In this document: piece after piece, positions 29,816 to 40,303 of the stretch | How the letters are laid out: every line of letters begins with the position of its first letter | Position numbering within the stretch: the stretch's first letter is position 1 | Assembly: GCA_015655375.1 (NCBI GenBank) | Contig: JAATFD010000041.1 | Span: forward strand, 8,612-72,611 | Direction: 5' to 3' | Length of the DNA: 64,000 nt | Source of the DNA: Actinomycetales bacterium | GTDB lineage: Bacteria; Actinomycetota; Actinomycetes; Actinomycetales; Actinomycetaceae | The notes under the pieces: model-generated | Database searches by the model: none | Told to the model about the DNA's origin: nothing | Seen by the model: only the letters and a program-made list of their open reading frames with translations | Position numbers and translations under genes: made by a program

Positions 29816-29847
29816 GTGGGCCCCGGGAGCTTCCTCCCGGGGCCCAC
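29816..29847 (-). terminator. Intrinsic terminator of the peptide ABC operon
   Basis: Perfect 13-bp stem gtgggccccggga / tcccggggcccac with a 6-nt loop. On the reverse strand it is followed by TTTCTTGTTCC. It lies 34 nt beyond the SBP stop. Confidence 0.8.
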
Positions 29848-29880
29848 CACTGTCAGCCCTGAAAGCTGACTGGAATCAGC

Positions 29881-31614
29881 TCACTTCGTGAAACCGACGT
29901 CCTCTGCCTTGAAGTTCGCCAGACCAAAGGCCCCATAGTTCGCGAGGCTCTTCGCAGTCGCCGTCATCTCAATACGGCGGTAGATCGGGACGGTCATGAC
30001 ATCGTCCCAGATCTTCGTGTCCGCCTGGTTGACCAGATCGAGGCGCTCTTGCGTGTCGGCCGTGGTGGAGATCTGCTCCAACAGAGGCTCCAGATCCTGA
30101 TCGCAGTACCGTGAGAAGTTCGAACCGCCGTTCTGCGCCAGCGCATCACCGCATCCGTAGAGCTGGGCTGGAGTCCCCAGCGGGAAATCCGTGCCCTGCC
30201 ACGTGAAGCTCGTCACGCCGAAGCGGCCCGCAGGAACGTCCTCACTGAGGAACGTCGACGAGTCGAAGTTCTGGAAGTCAACCTTGACGCCGATGGCCTG
30301 CATCTGCGATTGCAGAAGCTCGCCCTCATTCTTGGACGTCGAGACATCCGGCATCATCGAGTAGGTGAACTCGAGTGTCTGACCGTCCTTCTCCCGATAG
30401 CCTGTGGATTCGTTGAGGGTCCAGCCGAGTGCATCCAGCTCCGAGCCCGCCTTCGTCGGGTCATAGGCGTAGGCCGCAGAGTTGTCCTGGTACCCGCTCT
30501 GACCGGGAAGGAAGAAGTGGTTGCCAACCATGAGCTCGGATGCGACCAGATCCGGAATACCCGCCAGGTCGGACTCTGCAATGGCCTCGCGATCGATACC
30601 TTTGACGAGCGCTTGACGAACCGCTTGATCCTGCAGGACGCCTGACTCGGAGTTGAACGTGAAGTGGCGCCACTGTAGGCCGCCCGCGCGGCGAATCTCA
30701 GCATCGGAGCGCGTCGCAGCCTGAGTGTATTGATCAGCGCTGATGATCCCCTTGAGGACGTCGATCTCCGAGTTCGCGAAGGCAGTGCCCATGGCCGAGT
30801 CATCCATTGCACGGAAAGACACCGTGTCGAGGAGCGGCGCGTCTCCCCACCAGTTCGGATTCGCCACCAAGTTCACGACCTGCTGGGCCTCATCGACTGA
30901 ATCGACAATGTACGGGCCGGCCAACCAGTCATTGTTGTAGCTGCTCCAGCCGTTGTTGAAGGTCTCTGCGTCCGAGACGCCTTCCTTCGCGTTCGGGCCA
31001 GCGAGCACATTCGCCCAGTCCGGATACTCGCCCTTGAATGTCACGACAACCTGAAACTGGTCTGCGCCCTGGGCAATGTCGGAGATCTGGCTCAGGCCGT
31101 CAGTCGCCGCACACTGGAAGTCTGCATTATCACCGTTGCAGGCTTTCCACGCGTAGTAGTAGTCCTCCCACGTGATGGATCGGCCCGAGCCCCACTTCGC
31201 CGCCGGGTTCAGCGTCAGCGTGACAACCTGCCCCATGTCAGCCGTCGCATCCTGGACGTCATAGCTCTCGAGGTAGTTCGTATTGGGCGTGTACGACCCA
31301 TCATCGGCAAAAATCCAATTGGCAGTGATCGGCAAGACAAATGCATAAATATCGTTGTTGTCGACCGAGTTACCCGCAGTCGACATCACATTCCAGCTGG
31401 ACGGCAGCGCAGTAATCGTCAGCCGGAGGTCCCCCCCCTGCTGAAGAGCATCACGAGACTGCGTATTGACGTCAGATGCCGCCAAAGTCTCCGTCGTGAC
31501 CGTCTCCGAACTCGAGTCCCCCGATTCATCGGACTTGCTGCCGCTCGAACAACCCGCCAGTGCCAGCGCCGCCACGACGCCAATCGCAGCGACTGCACGC
31601 GAAGTGCTCCGCAT
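29881..31614 (-). CDS. ABC transporter substrate-binding lipoprotein, family 5 (peptide/nickel type)
   Basis: The ATG at 31614 is preceded by GGAGG. MRSTSRAVAAIGVVAALALAGCSS is a lipobox. The roughly 575-aa size and sequence are typical of DppA/OppA-like SBPs. Confidence 0.88.
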   Translation of the reverse strand: MRSTSRAVAAIGVVAALALAGCSSGSKSDESGDSSSETVTTETLAASDVNTQSRDALQQGGDLRLTITALPSSWNVMSTAGNSVDNNDIYAFVLPITANWIFADDGSYTPNTNYLESYDVQDATADMGQVVTLTLNPAAKWGSGRSITWEDYYYAWKACNGDNADFQCAATDGLSQISDIAQGADQFQVVVTFKGEYPDWANVLAGPNAKEGVSDAETFNNGWSSYNNDWLAGPYIVDSVDEAQQVVNLVANPNWWGDAPLLDTVSFRAMDDSAMGTAFANSEIDVLKGIISADQYTQAATRSDAEIRRAGGLQWRHFTFNSESGVLQDQAVRQALVKGIDREAIAESDLAGIPDLVASELMVGNHFFLPGQSGYQDNSAAYAYDPTKAGSELDALGWTLNESTGYREKDGQTLEFTYSMMPDVSTSKNEGELLQSQMQAIGVKVDFQNFDSSTFLSEDVPAGRFGVTSFTWQGTDFPLGTPAQLYGCGDALAQNGGSNFSRYCDQDLEPLLEQISTTADTQERLDLVNQADTKIWDDVMTVPIYRRIEMTATAKSLANYGAFGLANFKAEDVGFTK

Positions 31615-31870
31615 GAATACCTCCATGGTTGATTGGGTTCTTAGTCGCTCAGACCCGGCACAGTTGGTACAGCAGTACTGGACGAAAGCAACTCGGGTCA
31701 AGCTTAGTCAAAGTCTCGGTAGGGTTCGAACCATATCCACCCGTTGACAGCATCTTCGCACCCAAACCGTAACCAACAGCTCAACTTTTGAGACAACTCT
31801 ATCGAAGAATCGAGACGAAAACCTCCGTGATCCGTCCATACGTTCCAACCCTGCAATTTTCAGGCTCTAT

Positions 31871-34093
31871 TCAAAACACCTTCTGAACCTGCGCAAAATG
31901 GCAGGCGACCCTGTCATCAATCCCGTCCTCGAATGTCCGAAGCTCCGGCGAATCGTCGATGCACATCTGTTTCTTGTCCTCAGGCAACGTGAGAAACAGT
32001 GGACACCGCGTCCTGAACCGACATCCCGACGGAGGATTCGCAGGTGACGGAAGGTCTCCCTGAAGGATCACCCGTTTGCGCGCCCGTTCCTTCGCGGGAT
32101 CAGGAATCGGAATTGCTGACAGCAAAGCGTGCGTATAGGGATGACGAGGACGGTCGAAGACCTCCTCGACCGACCCGACTTCGACCAGTTTCCCGAGGTA
32201 CATGACAGCAACACGATCTGCGATGTGTCGAATGACGGACAAATCATGAGCCACAAAGAGATACGACAAGCCAAGTTTCGTCTTGAGCTCGTCGAGCAAA
32301 TTGATCACGCCCGCCTGGATGGACACGTCCAACGCGGAGACCGGCTCATCCAACACCAGCAATTTCGGCTCCAGTGCGAGCGCCCTGGCAATTCCGATGC
32401 GCTGACGTTGGCCACCCGAGAAGTTCCGCGGATATCGGTTAAGGTGAGCCTTTTCCAAGCCAACGAGCTCAATCAGCTCCGCGACGCGGGTGTCGATGTC
32501 CTTCTTTGAAAAGCCATTGTATTTGAGCGGCTCGGCAATAACGTCATAGATCGGCATGCGGGGATCCAACGACGCCATCGGATCCTGGAAGACCACCTGC
32601 AAGTCGCGGCGGGTCTGCCTGCGGGTCCGCGCGTTCATCGTCGCTGTATCTTTGCCGAGGACGACTATTGTTCCGCTCTCGGGGGCCTTGAGATCAAGGA
32701 TCTCCATCAAAGTGGTCGTCTTCCCAGAGCCCGACTCACCCACCAAGCCGAGTGTCTCGCCCTGTCGGATCTCGAAAGAAATCCCGTCGACAGCGTGGAC
32801 GGTCCCGACTTGGCGCTTGAAGACAGAGCCCTTTGTCAACGGGAAGAACTTCGTCAGGTCGTCGATCTTGAGGACAGCTTCCCGCGACTCTCGATTCCTG
32901 CGCCCAGCCCCACGGTCGATATGGGCTGGAATCGGGTAGATATCCTGGAAGTGCCAGTCGTTGGCTCGGATGTCTTGGCTGCGCACGCACGCGGCGGCAT
33001 GAGGCTCGATGATTGAAGCGACTAAATTCTCAGCATCGACCTGACTGCGGTAGGAGTCCATCAGCGTCAAAGCAGGCTCACCTGCGTGGCACCGATCCTC
33101 AGCCAACGGACACCTCGGCGCAAAAGGACACCCAGTCGGCAGTTCCAGCATCGAGGGTGGGTTGCCCTCGAGTGTCGCCAAAGCATCCTCAGACGTCTGG
33201 TCGGGCCGCGGCAGAGCACCCAGCAGACCGATCGTGTAGGGCATTCGCGAGGCATAGAAGATGTCATCGACGGTGCCGCGCTCGACCACGCGGCCGGCGT
33301 ACATCACGGCGACCTTGTCGGCCAGACCCGCGACGACGCCGAGGTCGTGTGTGATCATGATGACCGCTGCGCCCGTCTCCTCCTGAGCCTTCTTCAGCAG
33401 TTCGAGGATTTGGGCCTGGATCGTCACATCCAAGGCGGTGGTGGGCTCGTCACAGATGATCAGGTCAGGATCGTTCGCGATCGCCATGGCGATCATCGCA
33501 CGCTGCCGCATGCCACCGGAGAACTCGTGTGGGAACGACTTGAAACGGACCTCGGGGTTCGGGATGCCAACCTCGCGCAAGAGTGCGATTGCGCGAGCTT
33601 CTGCTTCCTTGTCTGTCAGATCCCCATGGATCTTGAGTGCCTCGACGATCTGCGACCCGATCGTGTAAACGGGCGTCAGAGCGGACAACGGGTCCTGGAA
33701 GACCATCGCCACCTTGCGGCCTCGGATACGGGACATGTAGGCATCGTCGCGGCCGAGCAGCTCCAGACCGTGCATCTTGACGGAACCCTCCACTCGAGCA
33801 TTCTCATCGAGCAGGCCCATGATCGCCATCGAGGTCACAGACTTGCCGGACCCAGACTCACCAACGATACCGAGGACCTCACCGGGCATCAAGGAGAAGG
33901 ACACGCCGCGGACCGCGTGAACTTCGCCGTCCTCAGAGGGAAACGTAACGTTGAGGTCCTCAACCTCCAGAACCGGGACGCCCTCAGCACGGGTCGGAAG
34001 CTCAAAGTCGGTGCTCTCCCGCTTGCGTTGTGCTCTGGACGACTTCCTCGCCGACGAATCGAGTTCAGTGGTTGATTGTTGGATGTCGCTCAT
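31871..34093 (-). CDS. ABC transporter ATP-binding protein with two fused ATPase domains (DppD-DppF type)
   Basis: Two Walker A motifs ([16 protein letters not shown]), two LSGGxxQR signatures and two Walker B motifs. The ATG at 34093 has a GGGAGA RBS. Confidence 0.92.
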   Translation of the reverse strand: MSDIQQSTTELDSSARKSSRAQRKRESTDFELPTRAEGVPVLEVEDLNVTFPSEDGEVHAVRGVSFSLMPGEVLGIVGESGSGKSVTSMAIMGLLDENARVEGSVKMHGLELLGRDDAYMSRIRGRKVAMVFQDPLSALTPVYTIGSQIVEALKIHGDLTDKEAEARAIALLREVGIPNPEVRFKSFPHEFSGGMRQRAMIAMAIANDPDLIICDEPTTALDVTIQAQILELLKKAQEETGAAVIMITHDLGVVAGLADKVAVMYAGRVVERGTVDDIFYASRMPYTIGLLGALPRPDQTSEDALATLEGNPPSMLELPTGCPFAPRCPLAEDRCHAGEPALTLMDSYRSQVDAENLVASIIEPHAAACVRSQDIRANDWHFQDIYPIPAHIDRGAGRRNRESREAVLKIDDLTKFFPLTKGSVFKRQVGTVHAVDGISFEIRQGETLGLVGESGSGKTTTLMEILDLKAPESGTIVVLGKDTATMNARTRRQTRRDLQVVFQDPMASLDPRMPIYDVIAEPLKYNGFSKKDIDTRVAELIELVGLEKAHLNRYPRNFSGGQRQRIGIARALALEPKLLVLDEPVSALDVSIQAGVINLLDELKTKLGLSYLFVAHDLSVIRHIADRVAVMYLGKLVEVGSVEEVFDRPRHPYTHALLSAIPIPDPAKERARKRVILQGDLPSPANPPSGCRFRTRCPLFLTLPEDKKQMCIDDSPELRTFEDGIDDRVACHFAQVQKVF

Positions 34094-34145
34094 CGGATGT
34101 CTCCCTTCGTCGCACTGAAGCACATGCCGATCGCGTTGTGGACGC

Positions 34146-35111
34146 TCACGCCTGACCACCCGACTTCGATGAGGGATCGATCGCGTCGCGCAGACCGTCA
34201 CCCATGAAGTTGACGAAGATCAGCATCAAGGTCAAAACGGCTGCGGGCGCTAGGAACGCCCATGGGAACGAGGTCGCCATCTTCTGCCCCTCGGCGAGGA
34301 GGGTTCCCAACGATGTCTGAGGTGACTTGATGCCGAATCCGAAATACGACAGCGTCGTCTCCGACATGACTGCGGACACAACACCGAGCGTCGCATCGAT
34401 GATCAGGTACGACGACACGTTGGGAATGATGTGGCGCACGATGATCGACCACGCCGGCACCGACATGTACTTTGCGGCCCGCACGTAATCGAGGCTGATG
34501 ACCGACAAAGTCATCGATCTGACAACCCGGGCTGTCAGCATCCAGCCGAAGGCCGCCAGCAAGAGGACGAAAACAAGGGTCGAGCTCTTCGCCCCACTGA
34601 ACTTCTGGGAGATGATGGCGATTAGTAGGAACGATGGAATGACGAGCATGAGGTCTATGACCCACAGGAGAGTCTTGTCGATCGCCTTCCCGAAGTAGGC
34701 AGCCGCCGATCCGATCAGCGCCGCAGCTGCCGTCTGGATGGCAGCGACGGTGAGACCGATGATCAAGGACTTCCGTAAGCCCTCAACGGTCATGGCAAAA
34801 ATGTCACGGCCATTCTGGGAGGTTCCCCACCAATGATCGGTCGAAGGCCCTTGAAGGAAACTGGTTCCATCGACCTCGGTGTAGCCCCACGGGGATATGT
34901 ACTTTCCAAAGATCGAGAAAAGCACCATAAGGACGAACCCGATCATCCCGATCACGGCCGTTTTGTTCCGCAGAAAGCGGCGGAGGATCAGCTGCCGACG
35001 GCTCAGCCGCTTGTTCTGCACAGGGGCGAGATCGACCTCCTCAGCGATCACACCGCCGGTGAGCAAATCAACGCCATCATCATCTGTTTGGTCAGTGTTG
35101 TTAAAAGCCAT
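34146..35111 (-). CDS. ABC transporter permease (DppC/OppC type)
   Basis: 321 aa, multi-TM, binding-protein-dependent transport inner-membrane component pattern (EAA-like [23 protein letters not shown]). Confidence 0.88.
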   Translation of the reverse strand: MAFNNTDQTDDDGVDLLTGGVIAEEVDLAPVQNKRLSRRQLILRRFLRNKTAVIGMIGFVLMVLFSIFGKYISPWGYTEVDGTSFLQGPSTDHWWGTSQNGRDIFAMTVEGLRKSLIIGLTVAAIQTAAAALIGSAAAYFGKAIDKTLLWVIDLMLVIPSFLLIAIISQKFSGAKSSTLVFVLLLAAFGWMLTARVVRSMTLSVISLDYVRAAKYMSVPAWSIIVRHIIPNVSSYLIIDATLGVVSAVMSETTLSYFGFGIKSPQTSLGTLLAEGQKMATSFPWAFLAPAAVLTLMLIFVNFMGDGLRDAIDPSSKSGGQA

Positions 35112-35128
35112 ATAACTCTCCTCGCCGC

Positions 35129-36112
35129 TCAGCTGACCCGGACGCGCGGATCAACCGCGACAGTGAAGACATCGGACAACATCAGCCCGAAGAACGTACA
35201 GACTGCGGAGAAAGCAACGACGGCGACCGTGCCGTTGATGTCCTGTCCTTGGATCGACGTCACCGAGTAGCTGCCCATTCCATTCCATGCGTAAATCTGT
35301 TCCGTGATTGCTGCACCGGTGAACAGATTCGCGATGACGAAAGCGAAGTAGGTGGCCATCGGTACCAAGGCGGTCCGCAACGCATGCCGCCGCATGGCTT
35401 GCCCCTTTGTCAGGCCCTTCGCGCGTGCAGTCCGGACGTAGTCCGCACCCAGAGTATCGAGCATCAGATTGCGCTGGTACCGCGAATAGGTGGCGATTCC
35501 ACTCAACGACAGGGAGATGGTCGGCAATAGGAGATGTTGGAGTCGGTTGACGATCTCGGCACCTGGATAGCTACCGATCTGGCCTGTCTCACCAATGAAC
35601 TCGAAGAAACTGGTCCCGGTCGACTGGTTGAACCGCGTCGCCGCAATCTGAAGCACCGTAGCCAGAACGATGGTGGGCGTGGAGATGACGATAAGGCAGA
35701 GGATCGAAATCGTCCGATCCGAAAATTTGTACTGCCTGGCCGCTGTCCACGCTCCGAGTGCGACACCGCCGATGATCCCGACGAAGGACGCGATGAAGAT
35801 CAACCGAACCGAGACCCAAATCCTGGTTGCCAGCAGCTTGTTGACGTAATCGCCCTTCGGCGTCCGGCCCCAATCCCATTGGGTCACAACGGACTTCAGC
35901 CAGATCCAATACCTCTGGGCGACGGAAACGTCCGTATTGAGGTTGTATGACGCCAACTGGGCATCAATGGACGCCTTGTCGAGGTGCGGGTTCGTGTAGT
36001 CGAAGACTGACTTGGGTTCAAGGGCCGAGCCCGCGAGAAAGTACGCGAGCGTTACCGCAATGAACAACAGGATCACATAGTTCAGCAGTCGTTTAGCAAG
36101 GTATCGGTACAT
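35129..36112 (-). CDS. ABC transporter permease (DppB/OppB type)
   Basis: The ATG at 36112 gives MYRYLAKRLLNYVILLFIAVTLAYFL..., the typical DppB N-terminus. EAA loop: DYVRTARAKGLTKGQAMRRHALR. Confidence 0.88.
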   Translation of the reverse strand: MYRYLAKRLLNYVILLFIAVTLAYFLAGSALEPKSVFDYTNPHLDKASIDAQLASYNLNTDVSVAQRYWIWLKSVVTQWDWGRTPKGDYVNKLLATRIWVSVRLIFIASFVGIIGGVALGAWTAARQYKFSDRTISILCLIVISTPTIVLATVLQIAATRFNQSTGTSFFEFIGETGQIGSYPGAEIVNRLQHLLLPTISLSLSGIATYSRYQRNLMLDTLGADYVRTARAKGLTKGQAMRRHALRTALVPMATYFAFVIANLFTGAAITEQIYAWNGMGSYSVTSIQGQDINGTVAVVAFSAVCTFFGLMLSDVFTVAVDPRVRVS

Positions 36113-36461
36113 CGGGCTCTTACTTTCGGTGGACGCACTGCCGACTCTCTCTGACCCACATGACATGAGCCAAGGCCGGTCGACGGTGCTCAGCATTGCC
36201 GAAGGAATCACACCGTCCGCCCGGGAGGACTCTCCCATGGGCTATGCAAAGAATTCCAACGACTCGGTCAGCATACCGTCGGTTCACAGTACGACACGAT
36301 AGGGGCTTCGAAAAATCAGGAGCGGACGCAGGGTGACCATCCGGCCACAGCAAACACGTCTCAGCACCCTTCGCCCAGCGACACCGACTCGTGCCGAATG
36401 GACTGGACTCACCATGCCGGGGCACACCGCACAAGCCCCCGGAACGTCTAGCCTTGGAGCC

Positions 36462-37325
36462 ATGACGATCCTCGACCAAGAGGTCCCACTGATGGGACCC
36501 GGCAGCAGCGGAGCAGCGCTCCCCTTCGGCGCACAAGTGTTGAGCTGGGCACCTGAAGGCGAGACCTCGGTGCTGTGGACGTCGCATTCGGCGATTCTCG
36601 ATGGAAGCGCCCCCATCCGCGGCGGAATTCCCGTGTGCTTGCCGTGGTTCGGCTCTGGGAACGACGGCACATGTCACCCTTCCCACGGCTTCGCCCGGAC
36701 CGCGTGGTGGACACGAGTCGACGACCCCATGCCTGCTGGTCGTTCCCATTCTTCGCATTCGACGGCGTTCCGGTTGGACCATGAGCCGAGCAACGCCGAT
36801 GACGACGAGCCCTTCCCACATCGCCTTGAAGCGTTGCTTCGCGTCGACGTCACCGAGGACCTCGTGATCACCCTGAGGGTCACGAACACCGATGATCATG
36901 CGTTCACTTTTGAAGAAGCCCTCCACACCTATCTCCGTGTCGGCGACGTCAAGGATGTGACGATTGATGGCCTCGAAGGCGCCGATTACCTGGACACGAC
37001 GCGCGAGCCCCATCAGTGGCGCCAGCAGGTCGGCGAGGTCACTCTGGTTGGTCCAACCGATCGGATCTATCGGTCCGGATGCCCCTTGTCCGTGCACGAT
37101 CCTCGGTTGCGTCGCACCATCAACATCGACAAGGACGGCTCCGCCAACACCGTCATCTGGAATCCCTGGGTCGAGGGCGCGGCAGCGCTGTCCGACCTCG
37201 ACGATCAAGAATGGCAAGAATTCGTGTGTATGGAGACCGCGAACGTCCGCGACGACGCGATCACCCTGAAACCCGGCGAGGACCACGAGATGGTCCTCAT
37301 CCTCCACGCCGACACGATGGCCTAA
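36462..37325 (+). CDS. D-hexose-6-phosphate mutarotase (aldose 1-epimerase family, YeaD-like)
   Basis: ...IRGGIPVCLPWFG...HGFAR...NTVIWNPW...FVCMETAN. The start is uncertain (ATG 36462 preferred, ATG 36414 possible; the track start at 36333 is a GTG). Confidence 0.8.
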   Translation: MTILDQEVPLMGPGSSGAALPFGAQVLSWAPEGETSVLWTSHSAILDGSAPIRGGIPVCLPWFGSGNDGTCHPSHGFARTAWWTRVDDPMPAGRSHSSHSTAFRLDHEPSNADDDEPFPHRLEALLRVDVTEDLVITLRVTNTDDHAFTFEEALHTYLRVGDVKDVTIDGLEGADYLDTTREPHQWRQQVGEVTLVGPTDRIYRSGCPLSVHDPRLRRTINIDKDGSANTVIWNPWVEGAAALSDLDDQEWQEFVCMETANVRDDAITLKPGEDHEMVLILHADTMA

Positions 37326-37876
37326 TGCGCATCCGCGTCGTCACCGGCGACATCACTCGGCTCGACGTCGATGCGATCGTCAACGCCGCGAACTCCTCCC
37401 TGCTCGGAGGTGGAGGGGTCGATGGGGCGATCCACCGAGCCGCGGGGCCACGACTTCTGGAGGCGGCCCGAGAACTGCGTGCGACCTCGTTGCCTCAGGG
37501 GCTCCCGGCTGGGCAGGCCATCGCGACCCCCGGTTTCGACCTGCCCGCGCGATGGGTGATCCACGCGGTCGGGCCGAATCGTCACGCCGGACAGGATGAC
37601 CCCGATGTCCTACGGTCATGTTTCACCTCATCACTGGAGATCGCCGAACGCATCGGCGCACGATCGGTTGCCTTCAGCGCGATCGGCGCCGGCGTCTACG
37701 GATGGAGTCCCGACGAGGTCGCACACGCCGCCCGGCTCGGCGTCTTCGGGGATCCAGTGGGCAACGGGTCCAGCGGTGTCGAGCGAATCTGGCCGGGGAT
37801 CGACCTCGTCGAGTTCGTCGCCTTCACCCCCGCTGTGCGGAGGCCCTTCGAGGAGGCCTTCACCGATCGACTCTGA
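37325..37876 (+). CDS. Macro-domain protein (O-acetyl-ADP-ribose deacetylase / ADP-ribose binding, YmdB-like)
   Basis: MRIRVVTGDITRLDVDAIVNAANSSLLGGGGVDGAIHRAAG...VIHAVGP...SVAFSAIGAGVYGW. The ATG overlaps the preceding TAA by 1 nt. Confidence 0.88.
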   Translation: MRIRVVTGDITRLDVDAIVNAANSSLLGGGGVDGAIHRAAGPRLLEAARELRATSLPQGLPAGQAIATPGFDLPARWVIHAVGPNRHAGQDDPDVLRSCFTSSLEIAERIGARSVAFSAIGAGVYGWSPDEVAHAARLGVFGDPVGNGSSGVERIWPGIDLVEFVAFTPAVRRPFEEAFTDRL

Positions 37877-38286
37877 GGTCGGCGAACCTGGACTGCTACG
37901 AGGCTCACGGCATCGCCAGCGCCATCTCGACGAAGACAGCCGCCACTCCGGCGATGAGCAGGCCCATGAAGGACGCACGCAGTGAAGTTGACGGCCTGGG
38001 TCCCCATCGGAATACTCAGCCGGTTGTGCCGAACAACTCGCGAGGCGTCGAGGAGAAGGCACGCGGCGCCGAGGGCTCCAGCGAATGCGATGAGTACCAC
38101 AGTCTGTGGGGTCACTATGCTCATCGAGCACCATCGCTGGTCATTGTCACCGCGTGCTCAACAGAGCGGCCGAAACTGACGGCATCCCCGCACAACAAAC
38201 GGTGACAGTGCCTCGAGGGACGTCGGCGGTGCTTCTCCGGGGAGAACCTCGCCACGGCCAAAGCCGTTCCCACCCGGGCACACGAA

Positions 38287-38311
38287 GGGCCGGGGAGAAT
38301 CTCCCCGGCCC
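38287..38311 (-). terminator. Hairpin downstream of dps (11-bp stem gggccggggag/ctccccggccc, 3-nt loop)
   Basis: The perfect inverted repeat was read directly. It lies about 110 nt beyond the dps stop. Confidence 0.5.
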
Positions 38312-38421
38312 TGAAGCCTCGGCATCATATGCGATGTCGTGCCCTATTCGTGCTTGATCCGACGCTCACGCCACCTTTGGAGAACCAAGCGCGGTGACGC
38401 TCACGACTCTCGCTCGAAGGC

Positions 38422-38958
38422 TCAGTCCTCGGTGCGGTTCTCGGCGCTGACCATCCAGGACAGCTTCTCGAGATCGTTCATGATGCCATGCAGCAGATCG
38501 GCACTGGCCGGGTCCTGCGCCTCGACGCTGGCATGGACGTCACGAGCCGTCTTGACGGTGCGGTCCAGACGCTCGGTGATCAGACCGATCGTCCGGGTCG
38601 TGGAGACCTCCCCATTGGGGTAGGCAGGCAGCGACGTCGTGGCGGCCACGGTCGCGCTGCGACCGTCGGGTACAGCGTGCAGGGCACGCAGGCGCTCGGC
38701 AATCGTGTCCGAGTGGCCCTGGACGGTGGCGACGATCTCGTCAAGCTGCAGGTGAGTGTCGCGGAAGTTCTTTCCCACCACATTCCAGTGGGCCTGCTTG
38801 CCCTGGAGGGCCAGCTCGACGAGATCGACCAGCACACGCTGGAGGTCGGTGATCAATGAATCAGAAGCGACAAACCCAGCCTCAGAATTCTCAAGTCCAG
38901 TGCGACGCGCCCCTGCATCGGTCGAGGGGACGACGGTCTGTTCAATAACGTCAGTCAT
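38422..38958 (-). CDS. dps: DNA starvation/stationary-phase protection protein (ferritin-like)
   Basis: LQRVLVDLVELALQGKQAHWNVVGKNFRDTHLQLDE...DTIAERL...; a GGGAGA RBS is present. Confidence 0.92.
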   Translation of the reverse strand: MTDVIEQTVVPSTDAGARRTGLENSEAGFVASDSLITDLQRVLVDLVELALQGKQAHWNVVGKNFRDTHLQLDEIVATVQGHSDTIAERLRALHAVPDGRSATVAATTSLPAYPNGEVSTTRTIGLITERLDRTVKTARDVHASVEAQDPASADLLHGIMNDLEKLSWMVSAENRTED

Positions 38959-39027
38959 GTTCTCCCTTGCCTTCCTGATGACGATGGCCCGGCAAGGACC
39001 ATGTTCCCGGATACTCCGGGACCTCCC

Positions 39028-39207
39028 TCAAGGGTAAGACCGCGAGACGCCATGCGCCATGCCTGTACGCTGCCCGCGCAACCCCAACACCGAATGACGT
39101 CGCCCGTAGCAGAAGTAGACGATCAGTCCCAGAGCCATCGAGACGAGCACGCGCGTCCACCGCAGGTCCGCCTGGTCACCGACCTCGCCAAGGAACGCGA
39201 TTCGAAG
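39028..39207 (-). pseudogene. Stub of the C-terminus of an APC-superfamily amino-acid permease
   Basis: ...LRIAFLGEVGDQADLRWTRVLVSMALGLIVYFCYGRRHSVLG... The last TM helix plus the YxxYGRxHS tail is characteristic of amino-acid permease C-termini. No upstream permease body is present. Confidence 0.6.
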
Positions 39208-39658
39208 CCCGATCCCGCGACGGGGCCGGTCCCGTGCTCGCGTCCACGCCGACCTGACCAAAGCCAACGGATTGTTGGGATGGGCCACGCACGGAGCGTT
39301 CCAGATCGTGTCCGTCCAAAGAGCCCTGAGCCGTCAACCTAGTTGACGGCCACTTCCGACTTCCGACCCACCGACGCCACCTGTGTCCGGGTTGTTCGAT
39401 TGTTGGCCGTTCAGCTGAACGGTGTCGCCCCAGCAACCCCGACGACAATCGACAAGGTGCCGCCCGAAGGCACTCCCAACCGCCCTCATCGATGAAGGCG
39501 TCCAACTGCCCGACCAGAACGCGAACCAGGACGTGTCTCGCGGTCGCAAAGGGCGTGCTTCGCGCGAGGACGGGAGGTCATCCCACGCAATCCCGAGTGA
39601 GAAGTCCACTGTGACACTTGACTTTCCCCCTCAGGAACACCGGATGTTAGTCCCACTA

Positions 39659-40303
39659 ATGATCATCGGGATGTTCGCCCAGATGAGCGGTTTGACACCG
39701 AAGACGCAGCGCCGCGTGCACGACACCGCCGGGGTGCTCGCTCCCGCCGACGTCGACCCGACGAGTGGGTATCGCCGTTATTAGATGGCTCAAGCCCTTG
39801 AGGGCGCCAAGATCGCTGCGCTCGAGAACGCCGGTCTCACGATACCGAAGCTCACTCACCTCGCTGAGGCGGTTCCCGCCGCGGATCTCCTCCAGGCACA
39901 CCGCACGCAGGCTCTCGACATTCGATCCGCCGAGGTCACGGCATACAGCAAAGCCCTCACCGACCTCACATGTTTCGACACGTTGCTCGCCGTCCGCGAG
40001 GTTGAGGCCATGTGCTGTTGGCCGGTGTCAGGCCACTCCACGAATCCCGACATTGTGGAGTTCCGGCGAGGGATCGACGTCGCGAACCACACCGCGTGGA
40101 TGGCGATCAGCCTCGACTGGCGCGCTGTCCTCCGCGCGCCGGCGCGGCCGTTCACTCCGGCTTCTGTCCCGAGACCGTCCGATCCGTGTTCCACCCAGAT
40201 CGTCCCACCCGCTCCTCGCGAAGCGCCGCCCACTCCTCACGCAGGATCGCGTAGCTGTACGAGTCGAGCCAGCGCCCGTCGCGGTGCAGTGAGTCCGCGG
40301 TAA
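39659..40303 (+). pseudogene. MerR-family transcriptional regulator interrupted by an in-frame TAG (39782-39784); the 3' limit is uncertain
   Basis: MIIGMFAQMSGLTPKTQRRVHDTAGVLAPADVDPTSGYRRY*MAQALEGAKIAALENAGLTIPKL... This is the MerR HTH followed by the wing/linker, and both ORFs are in one frame. The distal part overlaps the opposite-strand GNAT gene. Confidence 0.6.

Noticed and set aside
31719-31741. A tRNA-like GGTTCGAACC string that might mark a tRNA or an integration-site remnant.
   Set aside because: The flanking bases do not form a T-arm, acceptor stem or anticodon arm on either strand. The decamer is simply a short palindrome.
36120-37307. Long ORFs antisense to, or out of frame with, well-supported genes. 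Examples: 36120..37307(-), 793..2064(-), 22566..23417(-), 46957..47949(-), 62524..63669(-), 1794..3002(+) and 10083..11396(+).
   Set aside because: They are Arg/Pro/Gly-rich translations typical of stop-poor alternative frames in high-G+C DNA. Each overlaps a gene with clear family motifs, and none shows recognisable motifs of its own.
37880-38124. A possible small two-TM membrane protein split by a frameshift (MSIVTPQTVVLIAFAGALGAACLLL... in one frame, ...FMGLLIAGVAAVFVEMALAMP* in another).
   Set aside because: There is no RBS and no recognisable family. Two short hydrophobic stretches in different frames can arise by chance in G+C-rich DNA. I kept it as a note only.
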